A stretch of DNA of 64,000 bases from Spirochaetia bacterium (GTDB lineage Bacteria; Spirochaetota; Spirochaetia; DSM-2461), in NCBI GenBank assembly GCA_963668315.1, contig OY764216.1, positions 960,001-1,024,000 on the forward strand, given 5' to 3'. A program made the position numbers and the translations under genes. The notes beneath the pieces are model-generated. The model saw nothing but the letters and a program-made list of their open reading frames with translations, was not told the origin of the DNA and ran no database searches. Each line of letters starts with the position of its first letter. The stretch's first letter is position 1. Shown here in pieces: positions 49,470 to 58,172 of the stretch.

Positions 49470-50705
49470 TTACGCCTCCTGAGCCGCGGCCTGTTCGAAG
49501 ACCGATTCGCAGTGGGAAATCAGCTTGCTGATATCCTGTGAGTAGATATAATCCCAGCCGAGCCACATGAAGGGGGCCTTCGCCGGAAGCCGATTGTCCA
49601 CGTCGGGGTGGACCGTGGGAAAAAGACCGTTGTGGGCCAGCACCGTTCCCACTTCTTCGGAAGCGAAAAAATCGATAACCGGCTGGAGCTTCTCCCTTTT
49701 CTCCTTCTTCGCGAGCAGGAAGATAGGGCTGATGATCGCGCCGTCCTCGGGCCAGACCGCCTCCATGTCTCCCTCGGGGCGGACCATTTTGGTAAAGAAG
49801 TAGGGCATGATGGTGACTGCCGGTTTGTTATCCTTCTTCCGGTCGCTTTTCACCATCTGCGAGGGGTGGAGCGATTCGAGCAGATTCCTCCCCAGCCGGG
49901 CCACTCCTTCGTCTCCGTACTTCTTGTGGATATTCAGGAGGATGCCGTTGAAAAGGTCAAAGTCGCCCACCGGCAGGGAGATGCGGTTTTCGAAGACCGG
50001 ATCCATAATGTCTTCCCAGGTACGGGGTACGGGTACATTCCCGGGCAGGGTTCCCAGCTCCTTCTTATTGATGAGAAAGACAGCCGGCACCACGCTGATG
50101 ATCGAGTAGTGGCCCTGGGGATCCTTCAGGTCCAGGCTGTCGAAGGAGGAGTTGAATCTCTCCCGGCCGGAGAAATCGCCGAAGGTTCCCTGCTTTTTGA
50201 ACCGGCCGATCATCTGCTCGTCGAAGAACATATCGAAGCCGGCGGAGATAAACAGGTCGGGCAGTTCCGCCGCGTCATCGATTCCCTTGATATTGTTTTC
50301 TACCCAGTCGAGCCCCATGGACGCCGCCTTGAGTTCGTGGCTGACGTTCAGGCCGGGGGTTTCCTCGAGGAATCGGTTGAACTCTTCCAGCAGGGGTATG
50401 CGGACGGGACAGGGGAGCAGGCCGACCACTTTCACTTCGGCCGCGCTGTTTTCCCCGTTTTCCGCCAGGGTCAGGTCGGTCTTGTCTTCGGCCTTTTCTA
50501 TGGCTTCGGTCAGTAAGCGGGCGAAGCTGTCGTAATCCAGCTGTTTGAGGGTCAGGGCCATCTCCAGGCTTACCGATTTACCGAACTGCTCCCGTTTGGC
50601 GGGATCGGCCATATGGGCGAAGCCGTTGGAGGTAAACACGGGAATCGTCCGGGGATATTTCTCGGCGATTTCCAGTAACGTGTCGGCTTTGGTGAAATAC
50701 TCCAT
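49470..50705 (-). CDS. ABC substrate-binding-fold protein with a DUF1858-like N-terminus and no signal peptide
   Basis: N-terminus LLEIAEKYPRTIPVF; LPCPVR; PRTWED and VWPEDGAIISP as in iron/polyamine SBP folds. No hydrophobic leader. Confidence 0.78.
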   Translation of the reverse strand: MEYFTKADTLLEIAEKYPRTIPVFTSNGFAHMADPAKREQFGKSVSLEMALTLKQLDYDSFARLLTEAIEKAEDKTDLTLAENGENSAAEVKVVGLLPCPVRIPLLEEFNRFLEETPGLNVSHELKAASMGLDWVENNIKGIDDAAELPDLFISAGFDMFFDEQMIGRFKKQGTFGDFSGRERFNSSFDSLDLKDPQGHYSIISVVPAVFLINKKELGTLPGNVPVPRTWEDIMDPVFENRISLPVGDFDLFNGILLNIHKKYGDEGVARLGRNLLESLHPSQMVKSDRKKDNKPAVTIMPYFFTKMVRPEGDMEAVWPEDGAIISPIFLLAKKEKREKLQPVIDFFASEEVGTVLAHNGLFPTVHPDVDNRLPAKAPFMWLGWDYIYSQDISKLISHCESVFEQAAAQEA

Positions 50706-50725
50706 ATTGCTTATACTCCTAAAGT

Positions 50726-50746
50726 GGTACCGTAATACCTAAATAA
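50726..50746. promoter_or_regulatory. Putative Rrf2 operator, copy 2
   Basis: GGTACCGTAATACCTAAATAA, identical to 51185-51205 at 20 of 21 positions. Confidence 0.75.
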
Positions 50747-50760
50747 ATCGAAATAAAAAA

Positions 50761-51156
50761 TCAGAAATCGGAAAGTTTGATTTCCCTGTACGTTTCGTAG
50801 ATATCCTTGGAAATCCGATGGATGTTTCTGGTGAAGATGCAGTGGTGGAAGGCGCATTTATCCTTGCCGAAGGGGCAGGCGCCCGTGGATACCGGGCCTT
50901 CCATGGCTTCCAGAATATCGAGGAAACTTATCTCGTCGGCGGGCTTGCTCAGAATGAATCCTCCCGAAGGCCCTCGGACCGATTTGACGAATCCCGCCTT
51001 GCTCAGTTTCTGAAAAACCTTGGCCAGGTGGGCCTGGGAAGCATCAAGTTCTTCGGCCAGATGTTTGACGGTGAGCCGTTCCGGCTGTTCTTTGGCGATA
51101 AGAGCCAGGCTGTGCATGGCCAGATAGGCGCCTTCTGACAGATTGACCAGATTCAT
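50761..51156 (-). CDS. Rrf2-family transcriptional regulator with three C-terminal Cys
   Basis: HLAKVFQKL and SVRGPSGGF motifs; CPFGKDKCAFHHC. Confidence 0.93.
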   Translation of the reverse strand: MNLVNLSEGAYLAMHSLALIAKEQPERLTVKHLAEELDASQAHLAKVFQKLSKAGFVKSVRGPSGGFILSKPADEISFLDILEAMEGPVSTGACPFGKDKCAFHHCIFTRNIHRISKDIYETYREIKLSDF

Positions 51157-51182
51157 GATTCCTCCCTGTTTAATTTGTTATA

Positions 51183-51205
51183 TAGGTACTGTAATACCTA
51201 AATAA
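51183..51205. promoter_or_regulatory. Putative Rrf2 operator, copy 1, overlapping the rrf2 promoter
   Basis: Palindrome TAGGTA-N6-TACCTA over the -10 region of a minus-strand TTGACA (51212-51217) promoter. Confidence 0.78.
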
Positions 51206-51271
51206 GGGCTTTGTCAATACAAACTGAGAATTTTGTTGAACTATCCGCTAAAACGACCTATTCTATTTTCC

Positions 51272-52372
51272 ATGGTTAAAGGCATCCTGGGGGCTTTTCT
51301 TTTCCCGGTTATTCTCCTTTTCTCCTGCGCGGGCCAGGAGACTTTGGAAATAAGAAGTTCTTCTGTTTACGGCAAATTGGAAATCCTCGCGGGAATCTCC
51401 TTTCCCCCCTATTCCGGCCGGAGAGAGATCGGTTTTACGATCCGCAAGATGCAGGAGCTCTCCCTGGACCGGATGCGCCTGGACGTAGACTGGCGGTACA
51501 GGGAACCGGAAAAGGGTGTATTTTACTGGAAACCCATGGATCTGCGCATGGAGAAAGCCCATGAGAATCATATTGCCCTGTTTCTGACGATTCCCAGCCA
51601 GGCTCCCCCCTGGGCCGCCCTGCCGCCCGGAAAGGACGGATCGAGCCGATTCGACGAGGAAGCCCTGAAGCATTTCATCGAAGAACTGCTGCTCCGATAC
51701 GACAACATTGAAAAAATCCAGTTCGGGAACGAGTGGGAGACCGATCATCCCGACAGTCCGGCCTACGGGGATTACGATTCGATCAAGCAATTTGTCCTGT
51801 ACAATAATATCCTCTACGATTCGGTGAAAAGGCTTTCCCCTGAGACGCAAGTCGTTCTGGGCGGATTGACCAGGACCTATCCCATGATGGAGGCGTTTGT
51901 CCAAGAAGGCCGTTATCCCGATTTTTCCGGGCTGGAACTGGCTAAGGGGGCCACCGAAGAGTATCTGAGAGGGCGAATCGATAAAATCGCCGGAGACTAT
52001 AAAGCCCGCGACGTAAAGGGGAACGTGGAGTACGTTCTGAAGAACGCCCGCTATGACATGATCGACATCCATCTGTATGACGATCCGGAGAATTGGAGCG
52101 AATATCTTTCTGTATTACCCGAGGACAAACCGGTTGTGGTATCCGAATTCGGAGGGCCCAATTCGGAATTTGAAAGCACGGCTCCCTCCTACCAGGCAAA
52201 GCGGATGGCGGATTACATCGCGGCTATCGAGGGGCTTCCCATTGTGGAAGCGTACTATTTCAAGCTGGTAGATTCCGATCTGTCCTACCACAGGGATTCG
52301 GGTCTCTACCGGGCTAATTTGCGGCCCAAGCCGGCCAAAGACGTTTTTTCGGCATTATTATCCGCCCCGTAA
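51272..52372 (+). CDS. Clan GH-A-like glycoside hydrolase lipoprotein
   Basis: Lipobox LLFS-C; W..REPEKGVFYW, acid/base GNE, DIHLY and nucleophile VSEFG. Start follows TTGAAC-N17-TATTCT-N7. Confidence 0.75.
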   Translation: MVKGILGAFLFPVILLFSCAGQETLEIRSSSVYGKLEILAGISFPPYSGRREIGFTIRKMQELSLDRMRLDVDWRYREPEKGVFYWKPMDLRMEKAHENHIALFLTIPSQAPPWAALPPGKDGSSRFDEEALKHFIEELLLRYDNIEKIQFGNEWETDHPDSPAYGDYDSIKQFVLYNNILYDSVKRLSPETQVVLGGLTRTYPMMEAFVQEGRYPDFSGLELAKGATEEYLRGRIDKIAGDYKARDVKGNVEYVLKNARYDMIDIHLYDDPENWSEYLSVLPEDKPVVVSEFGGPNSEFESTAPSYQAKRMADYIAAIEGLPIVEAYYFKLVDSDLSYHRDSGLYRANLRPKPAKDVFSALLSAP

Positions 52373-52423
52373 TATCCCTTCCCGAGGGATTGGCAGAGCG
52401 GTTTGAGGAATAAGGAGAATAGA

Positions 52424-53269
52424 ATGATCAGGAAAATCCAAGTTGATATTGAGCGATCCGGGCTGTGGATGGACGGGGACGTCACCTATGCCCGGGTGGA
52501 CAGCTGGTACGGGCACACCACGAAAGATCTGAAGATGGATATCATCTATCCCCACGAAGGACGGGAAAAACCCTGGCCCTGCCTGGTCTGGATCTGCGGC
52601 GGCGCCTGGCTGAGGATGGACCAGCATGCCCATGTGCCCAACTTAATGGAACTGGCGAGGGAAGGGTTCGTCATCGCAAGCGTCCAGTACAGGCTGACCA
52701 ACGAAGTTCCCTTCCCCGGGCCTCTGGAGGACGTAAAGGCCGCCATCCGTTTTCTGCGTAAAAATGCGGACAGATATAATATCGATGCGGACCGTTTCGG
52801 CGTCATGGGGGAATCGGCGGGAGGCCATCTGGCCGGCATGACGGCTGTGACGGGGCACATACGTGATTTTGATAAGGGGGAGCATCTGGAATACAGCAGC
52901 GCGGTGCAGGCCGCCAGCCCCTGGTATATGGTTTCCGACCTGCTCTCCTTCCCCCCTCTCGCCGACCCGGGGTTTTCCCCCGAGGCCCGTCTGATCGAGG
53001 CCCTGCCCGAAAAGAATCCCGGGCTGGCCAAAGCCGCCAGCCCCGTCACCTATGTCTCTTCGGACTGCCCGCCCTGTCTGCTGTTCCACGGCACGGAGGA
53101 TAAAACCGTTCCCCATGATCAGAGTGTTCTTTTTCACGACGCTCTGGAAAAGGCCGGGGTTCCCGTCACCCTTTACAGCGTGGAAGGGGCTGACCACGGG
53201 GATCGAGAATTCTATCAGAAACCGGTGTTGGATCTGATGGCCGCATTTTTTAAAGAGCAGCTTTCCTGA
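52424..53269 (+). CDS. Alpha/beta hydrolase (HSL-like esterase), copy 1
   Basis: CGGAW, GESAG, HGTED and GADH motifs; ATG 52424 after AAGGAG. Confidence 0.9.
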   Translation: MIRKIQVDIERSGLWMDGDVTYARVDSWYGHTTKDLKMDIIYPHEGREKPWPCLVWICGGAWLRMDQHAHVPNLMELAREGFVIASVQYRLTNEVPFPGPLEDVKAAIRFLRKNADRYNIDADRFGVMGESAGGHLAGMTAVTGHIRDFDKGEHLEYSSAVQAASPWYMVSDLLSFPPLADPGFSPEARLIEALPEKNPGLAKAASPVTYVSSDCPPCLLFHGTEDKTVPHDQSVLFHDALEKAGVPVTLYSVEGADHGDREFYQKPVLDLMAAFFKEQLS

Positions 53270-53346
53270 AAATATCCGGATGAATAGTGGTCCCCCCGAT
53301 TTCTCATCCTGTGTTACAATGGTAATGCATAATCAAGGGGGATCTT

Positions 53347-54192
53347 ATGATCAGGAATATTAAAATGGAATGGGAAAGGCCCGGACTGTGGATGGACGGA
53401 GACGTGACTTACGGTCAGGCCGACGCCTGGTTCGGCCATACGTCGCAGGATCTGAAGCTGGATATAATCTATCCCCATGAAGGACAGGACAAGCCCTGGC
53501 CCTGCATCGTCTGGATATGCGGAGGCGGATGGCTGCAGATGGATCATCACGCCCATGTGCCCAATTTAGCCGATCTGGCGAGGGAGGGCTTTGTCGTGGC
53601 GAGCGTTCAATACCGCCTCTCCAACGATATCCCCTTTCCCGGCCCCCTGGAGGATGTCAAAGCCGCCATACGGTATTTGAGGAAAAACGCCTCCCGGTAT
53701 AATATCGATCCCGACAAATTCGGCGTCAGCGGAGAATCGGCCGGCGGCCAGCTGGCGGGCATGGTGGCCGTGACAGGGACACATAGGGAATTTGATAAGG
53801 GAGAGCATCTGGAATACAGCAGCGCCGTTCAGGCCGCCTGCCCCTGGTATATGGTTTCCGATTTGAGCGCCTTTCCCCCCGGGGACAAGCCCGGTCTCTC
53901 TCCGGAGGCCCGGATGATCGGCGACTTGCCCTCGGACAGCCCGGATCTGGTGAAAAGGGCCAGCCCCGTCAGCTATGTTTCGGCCAACTGCCCGCCCTGT
54001 CTTCTTTTTCACGGAACCGACGATCATGTCGTGCCCTACGACCAGAGCATCCGTTTTCATGACGCCCTGGAAAAGGCGGGGGTCCCGGTAACTCTGTACA
54101 GCGTGGAAGGAGCCGACCATGCGGATGAGAACTTCTTCCAGAAGCCGGTGATGGATATTATGACGGCGTTCTTCAAGGAACAGCTTCAGTAG
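53347..54192 (+). CDS. Alpha/beta hydrolase (HSL-like esterase), copy 2
   Basis: CGGGW, GESAG, HGTDD and GADH motifs; same length as copy 1. Confidence 0.9.
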   Translation: MIRNIKMEWERPGLWMDGDVTYGQADAWFGHTSQDLKLDIIYPHEGQDKPWPCIVWICGGGWLQMDHHAHVPNLADLAREGFVVASVQYRLSNDIPFPGPLEDVKAAIRYLRKNASRYNIDPDKFGVSGESAGGQLAGMVAVTGTHREFDKGEHLEYSSAVQAACPWYMVSDLSAFPPGDKPGLSPEARMIGDLPSDSPDLVKRASPVSYVSANCPPCLLFHGTDDHVVPYDQSIRFHDALEKAGVPVTLYSVEGADHADENFFQKPVMDIMTAFFKEQLQ

Positions 54193-54216
54193 TCTTTTCG
54201 GCTTAATCGGTAAAAT

Positions 54217-54252
54217 AAAGCCCTTCTTCCGAGCATCCGGAGGAAGGGCTTT
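54217..54252. terminator. Bidirectional terminator
   Basis: AAAGCCCTTCTTCCG-agcatc-CGGAGGAAGGGCTTT between convergent genes. Confidence 0.85.
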
Positions 54253-54277
54253 CTCTTTATCGTTTGAACATAGTCCG

Positions 54278-55708
54278 TCAGGCCTGGTCGAACTGGGCCA
54301 GGGTCTCTTCCGAGGGAGCCTTGGTCGCAAGGCTTACCGCTACGACGGCGATGAATGCCAGAATGAATCCGGGAAGGAGTTCATAGAAGTATTCCCCTTC
54401 GATGGAAATGAAATTCTTGACGATAACCACGGTCACCGCGCCGACGATCATTCCGGCCAGGGCGCCCCATTTGGTCGTCCTTCTCCAGCAGACAGAGAGA
54501 ATGACAACCGGGCCGAAGGCGGCGCCGAATCCGCCCCAGGCGTAACCGACCATGTTCAGAATATTGCCGTTGTCCTGAAAGGCGATAATAAAGGCAAGGA
54601 GGGCGAAGCCGATGATTCCCAGACGGCTGATCAGCTCTTTTCTTTTATCGTTCTGTTTGGCGATAAAGGGAATATCCTCGGTCAGGGAGGACGTGAGGAC
54701 CAGCAGCTGGGAGTCCGCCGTGGACATGACCGCCGCCAGGACCGCCGCCAGGACAAATCCCCCGAAGAGGGGATGGAAGAGGGCGCTGGCCATGGCCAGG
54801 AATACCCGCTCGCTGTTCTCCGATACTCCCTCCAGGGGGGTCACCCCGTTCAGTCCGATACCGATCAGCCCGATTCCGGTGGCCATGGCAAGGGAGAGTA
54901 TCATCCAGATGGTTCCCACCCGGCGGGCCCGGGGTACCGATTCCACGTCTTTAATCCCGATGAATCGTGCCAGGATATGGGGCTGCCCGAAATATCCGAA
55001 TCCCCAGGCGATCAGGGAGACGGCCGTGATCCAGCCGGTGGAGAAGTGAAACGCCTCGGGATTGATGGAACTGATCTCCACTCCCGAGCCGGTAATGGCG
55101 AAAAAGCCGAAGAGGGCGCAGAAGATCAGAGCCGTGAGCATGAGCAGGCCCTGGATAAGGTCTGTCCAGCATACGGCCATGTATCCTCCCAGGAACGTAT
55201 AGGATACCACGACCAGTGTCGTGATGATCAGGCCGGCCCTTTCGCTGGCGCCGAAGGAGTGGGCGAACAGGAGGGTTCCCCCCTTCAATCCGGAAGCCAC
55301 GTAAAGCGTAAAAAAGAGAAGGATGATCACCGTGGATATGACTTTGAGGATATGGGTGTTGTCCTCGAATCTTTTGGCAAAGTAGGAAGGCAGGGTGACG
55401 GCATCCAGTTTTTCCGTGAGAAAACGCAGCTTTCCGGCGACGATAAGCCAGTTGATATAAGCCCCTACGGTCAGTCCCAGGGAGATCCAGATCCCTTCTA
55501 CAAGACCGCTGGCAAAGACCGCGCCGGGCAGTCCCAGAAGCAGCCAGCTGGACATGTCGGAAGCTCCGGCCGAAATGGCCGAAGGAATGGCTCCGAGTTT
55601 ACGTCCGCCGATGATGAAGTCCTCGTTGGTTTCGGTTTTCCTCATGGAATAGTATCCGATGCCCAGCATCAGAAACAGATAAAGTCCGAATTGAATAAAA
55701 ATGAGCAT
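54278..55708 (-). CDS. putP: Sodium/proline symporter
   Basis: SAGASDMSSWLLLGLPG, GYFGQPHILARF and AWGGFGAAFGP motifs. Confidence 0.92.
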   Translation of the reverse strand: MLIFIQFGLYLFLMLGIGYYSMRKTETNEDFIIGGRKLGAIPSAISAGASDMSSWLLLGLPGAVFASGLVEGIWISLGLTVGAYINWLIVAGKLRFLTEKLDAVTLPSYFAKRFEDNTHILKVISTVIILLFFTLYVASGLKGGTLLFAHSFGASERAGLIITTLVVVSYTFLGGYMAVCWTDLIQGLLMLTALIFCALFGFFAITGSGVEISSINPEAFHFSTGWITAVSLIAWGFGYFGQPHILARFIGIKDVESVPRARRVGTIWMILSLAMATGIGLIGIGLNGVTPLEGVSENSERVFLAMASALFHPLFGGFVLAAVLAAVMSTADSQLLVLTSSLTEDIPFIAKQNDKRKELISRLGIIGFALLAFIIAFQDNGNILNMVGYAWGGFGAAFGPVVILSVCWRRTTKWGALAGMIVGAVTVVIVKNFISIEGEYFYELLPGFILAFIAVVAVSLATKAPSEETLAQFDQA

Positions 55709-55875
55709 TGTTCTCTCCTGAAATTAGTTTATCCCGGTTAGAGGATAGGGGAGACGCAAAAATATGTCAATATAATGAAAAAATATACCAACGGAAGAAA
55801 ACCGGACATTTACGGGGTTTCCTTGAATTGCTCTATTACGTGAATTACAATTTAATGATAGGTGCTGTTCATGTC

Positions 55876-57531
55876 ATGAAGTGCATGGAAAAAAAACCAT
55901 CAGCTAAGGAATTCTCAGAACGAGAGGTCATCCGGAGACGCGGCGTCGGCAGATGGTTCATTATCTTTTTTTCGTGCATGATCGGCGCAATTTCTCTATT
56001 GGGAATATTTATCTATCATCGGCAGCTGAGCTACCTTGAAGAGAAAATCATTCTGACCGAAAAGCTTCATCAGGAATTTATTCCCGATCTCATATCGGCG
56101 AATCTCAGGGATACGGGGAAGCAGACCCTGATTTTGAGTGAGTATGTAGCCTCCCGGCTGGAGGGGGAAGATCGGGGATCTGAAAACTGGGGGGATCTTG
56201 AACGGATGTTCAGAAGTGTGGCGGAAATCTCAGGGAATTACGATCAGATCCGATTTCTGGATATCCGGGGGCGGGAGAGGGTCAGGATTAAGTATAACGG
56301 GAAAACGGCCCGCATCGTTGAGGAAGAGGAGCTGCGGAATTTAGCGGACCGCTACTATTTTCATGATGCTCTGGTGCTTGATAAGGGGCAGATCTTCGTT
56401 TCTCAGCTTGATCTCAACGTGGAAAGGGGTGAAATAGAGATCCCCTATAAGCCGGTTATCCGGTTCTCCACTCCCGTATTCAATAGTGGGGGGCAGCGTA
56501 TAGGCGTCGTTGTCATGAATTCCCTCTCCTCAGAACTGTACCATTATATTCAATATGAACTGGAGCAGCATCTGGGACAGCACATGTTCCTCCTCAACCG
56601 CGGGGGGTATTATCTGGTCAACTCTGAAGATGGGGAAAAGGAATTCGGATTTATGTTCCCCGGGAAGGATGAAATCTCCCTGAGAAGGGATAACCCGGAT
56701 CTCTGGGATCTCATCCGTGAGAAGAGTATCGGTGAAGCGGTCCTTCACCATGAGGTTTACGTCTTCAGAAAAGTGAGCCCTCTGGAAAAGACATGGGTTT
56801 CGAGCCGGAATGAGGGATTCTGCTGCGAGGAAGGCTCCCTTTCCAGTGAAGAGTATGAGTGGTATCTTGTCTCCCATATTCCTGCCGCGGTAGTCATATC
56901 CCAGCTGAATAGGGAGCTTCTGCCCTTCTATCAGGTCTATGCCGCTCTTATTCTTCTATTTCTGATACTCTCCTTTTTTCTCGGGAAATATAAAACATCC
57001 CTGGAATTGAAGAAGGAAACCATTAGGCACATGGCCTTTCATGATGAGCTTACCGGTCTTAAGAGCCGTGTCTTCGGGCTGGAGCGGTTGAATGTCAGCA
57101 TAACGCGGGGCAATACTTTCGGCGAAAGGTTCGCCGTCCTTTATTGCGATGTAAATAAATTCAAACCCATAAATGATGAGTTCGGTCACGCGGCGGGGGA
57201 TTTTGTTCTCCGGGAAGTGGCGGTGAGGCTGGAGAAATCGGTCCGGCCCGATGATTCGGTCATCAGGATGGGAGGGGATGAATTCGTACTGATTCTTGAG
57301 AGAATTCCCAACGAAAACGAAACAGCCCTGGTCGCCCGGCGGATCATCGAAAACATGGAAAGCCCCATTCCCTATAGAAACGATAACTTTACCGTGGGAA
57401 TCAGCATCGGAATCGTCTTTTTTCCCGAGGACGGGAAAACCGTTCCGGAACTGCTTAAAAAGAGCGATGAAGCCATGTATGCCGCCAAAAAGAAGGGATG
57501 GAGTCTGCAGTTTTATCGAGAGCTGGTTTAG
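55876..57531 (+). CDS. dCache-sensor diguanylate cyclase
   Basis: Two TM segments around a Cache-like domain (YDQIRFLD, SQLDLNVE, YKPVIRFSTP); RPDD I-site and GGDEF. Start uncertain (55876 or 55885). Confidence 0.9.
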   Translation: MKCMEKKPSAKEFSEREVIRRRGVGRWFIIFFSCMIGAISLLGIFIYHRQLSYLEEKIILTEKLHQEFIPDLISANLRDTGKQTLILSEYVASRLEGEDRGSENWGDLERMFRSVAEISGNYDQIRFLDIRGRERVRIKYNGKTARIVEEEELRNLADRYYFHDALVLDKGQIFVSQLDLNVERGEIEIPYKPVIRFSTPVFNSGGQRIGVVVMNSLSSELYHYIQYELEQHLGQHMFLLNRGGYYLVNSEDGEKEFGFMFPGKDEISLRRDNPDLWDLIREKSIGEAVLHHEVYVFRKVSPLEKTWVSSRNEGFCCEEGSLSSEEYEWYLVSHIPAAVVISQLNRELLPFYQVYAALILLFLILSFFLGKYKTSLELKKETIRHMAFHDELTGLKSRVFGLERLNVSITRGNTFGERFAVLYCDVNKFKPINDEFGHAAGDFVLREVAVRLEKSVRPDDSVIRMGGDEFVLILERIPNENETALVARRIIENMESPIPYRNDNFTVGISIGIVFFPEDGKTVPELLKKSDEAMYAAKKKGWSLQFYRELV

Positions 57532-57575
57532 AGAGAAAATTTGCATTTTCCCGTCGGTGATCCTAAAATCGTAAT

Positions 57576-58103
57576 ATGGATAAAGATTCAGACAGACAGA
57601 GTCAGATGGTCGATATGGCCATAAAGGGGCAGATCGCCTTCGGTCTTATCATTACGGGGGCGGTTCTCTACGATTTTTTCAGCAGTTCTTCCCTGTTCGG
57701 GGCATCCCTCGCCGGGGGGGAGCTGTCAGGTCAGGTTTCTCCCATCCTCTGGGGATTTTCCGGGCTGCTTCTCCTTTTGTATGCGTTCATCCAGAATGCC
57801 TTTCGTCATGTGGACGAAAGTAAAGAGATGGCTTTTCTGAAATTCTGGGTTCGCCAGATTCACAGAAGCAGAGAGGGGTCCGTTATGGCCTTATCCCTTG
57901 TTCCTTCCTCCCTGGGGGAAGGGACAATTGTGCTGTCTCTCATTATTTACCTCATGGGCGGAAAAGCGCCTCTCCAGTTTCTTCCGGGAATAGTGCTGGG
58001 GCTGGGAGAAATCATCCTGTCCGTACCCGACGGAAAAGTCAGGGCTAATCTGGCCCTTTTGGATGAAATCGTCCGTTCGCAGGACAATCGGCATAGATTA
58101 TAA
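57576..58103 (+). CDS. Hypothetical membrane protein
   Basis: About four hydrophobic segments; preceded by TTGCAT-N17-TAAAAT-N6-ATG. Confidence 0.65.
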   Translation: MDKDSDRQSQMVDMAIKGQIAFGLIITGAVLYDFFSSSSLFGASLAGGELSGQVSPILWGFSGLLLLLYAFIQNAFRHVDESKEMAFLKFWVRQIHRSREGSVMALSLVPSSLGEGTIVLSLIIYLMGGKAPLQFLPGIVLGLGEIILSVPDGKVRANLALLDEIVRSQDNRHRL

Positions 58104-58172
58104 CCGTTATTAATCCCCGCCTGGCCGACGTAGCTCTTGTCTTCTTTTGTATACGGTTTTATAGTAAATGGT

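Noticed and set aside
4960..58172. ORF-track N-terminal extensions (4960, 15449, 34529, 47722, 51233, 55708, 58137)
   Set aside because: They overlap neighbouring genes or promoters; downstream starts have an SD, translational coupling or promoter support.
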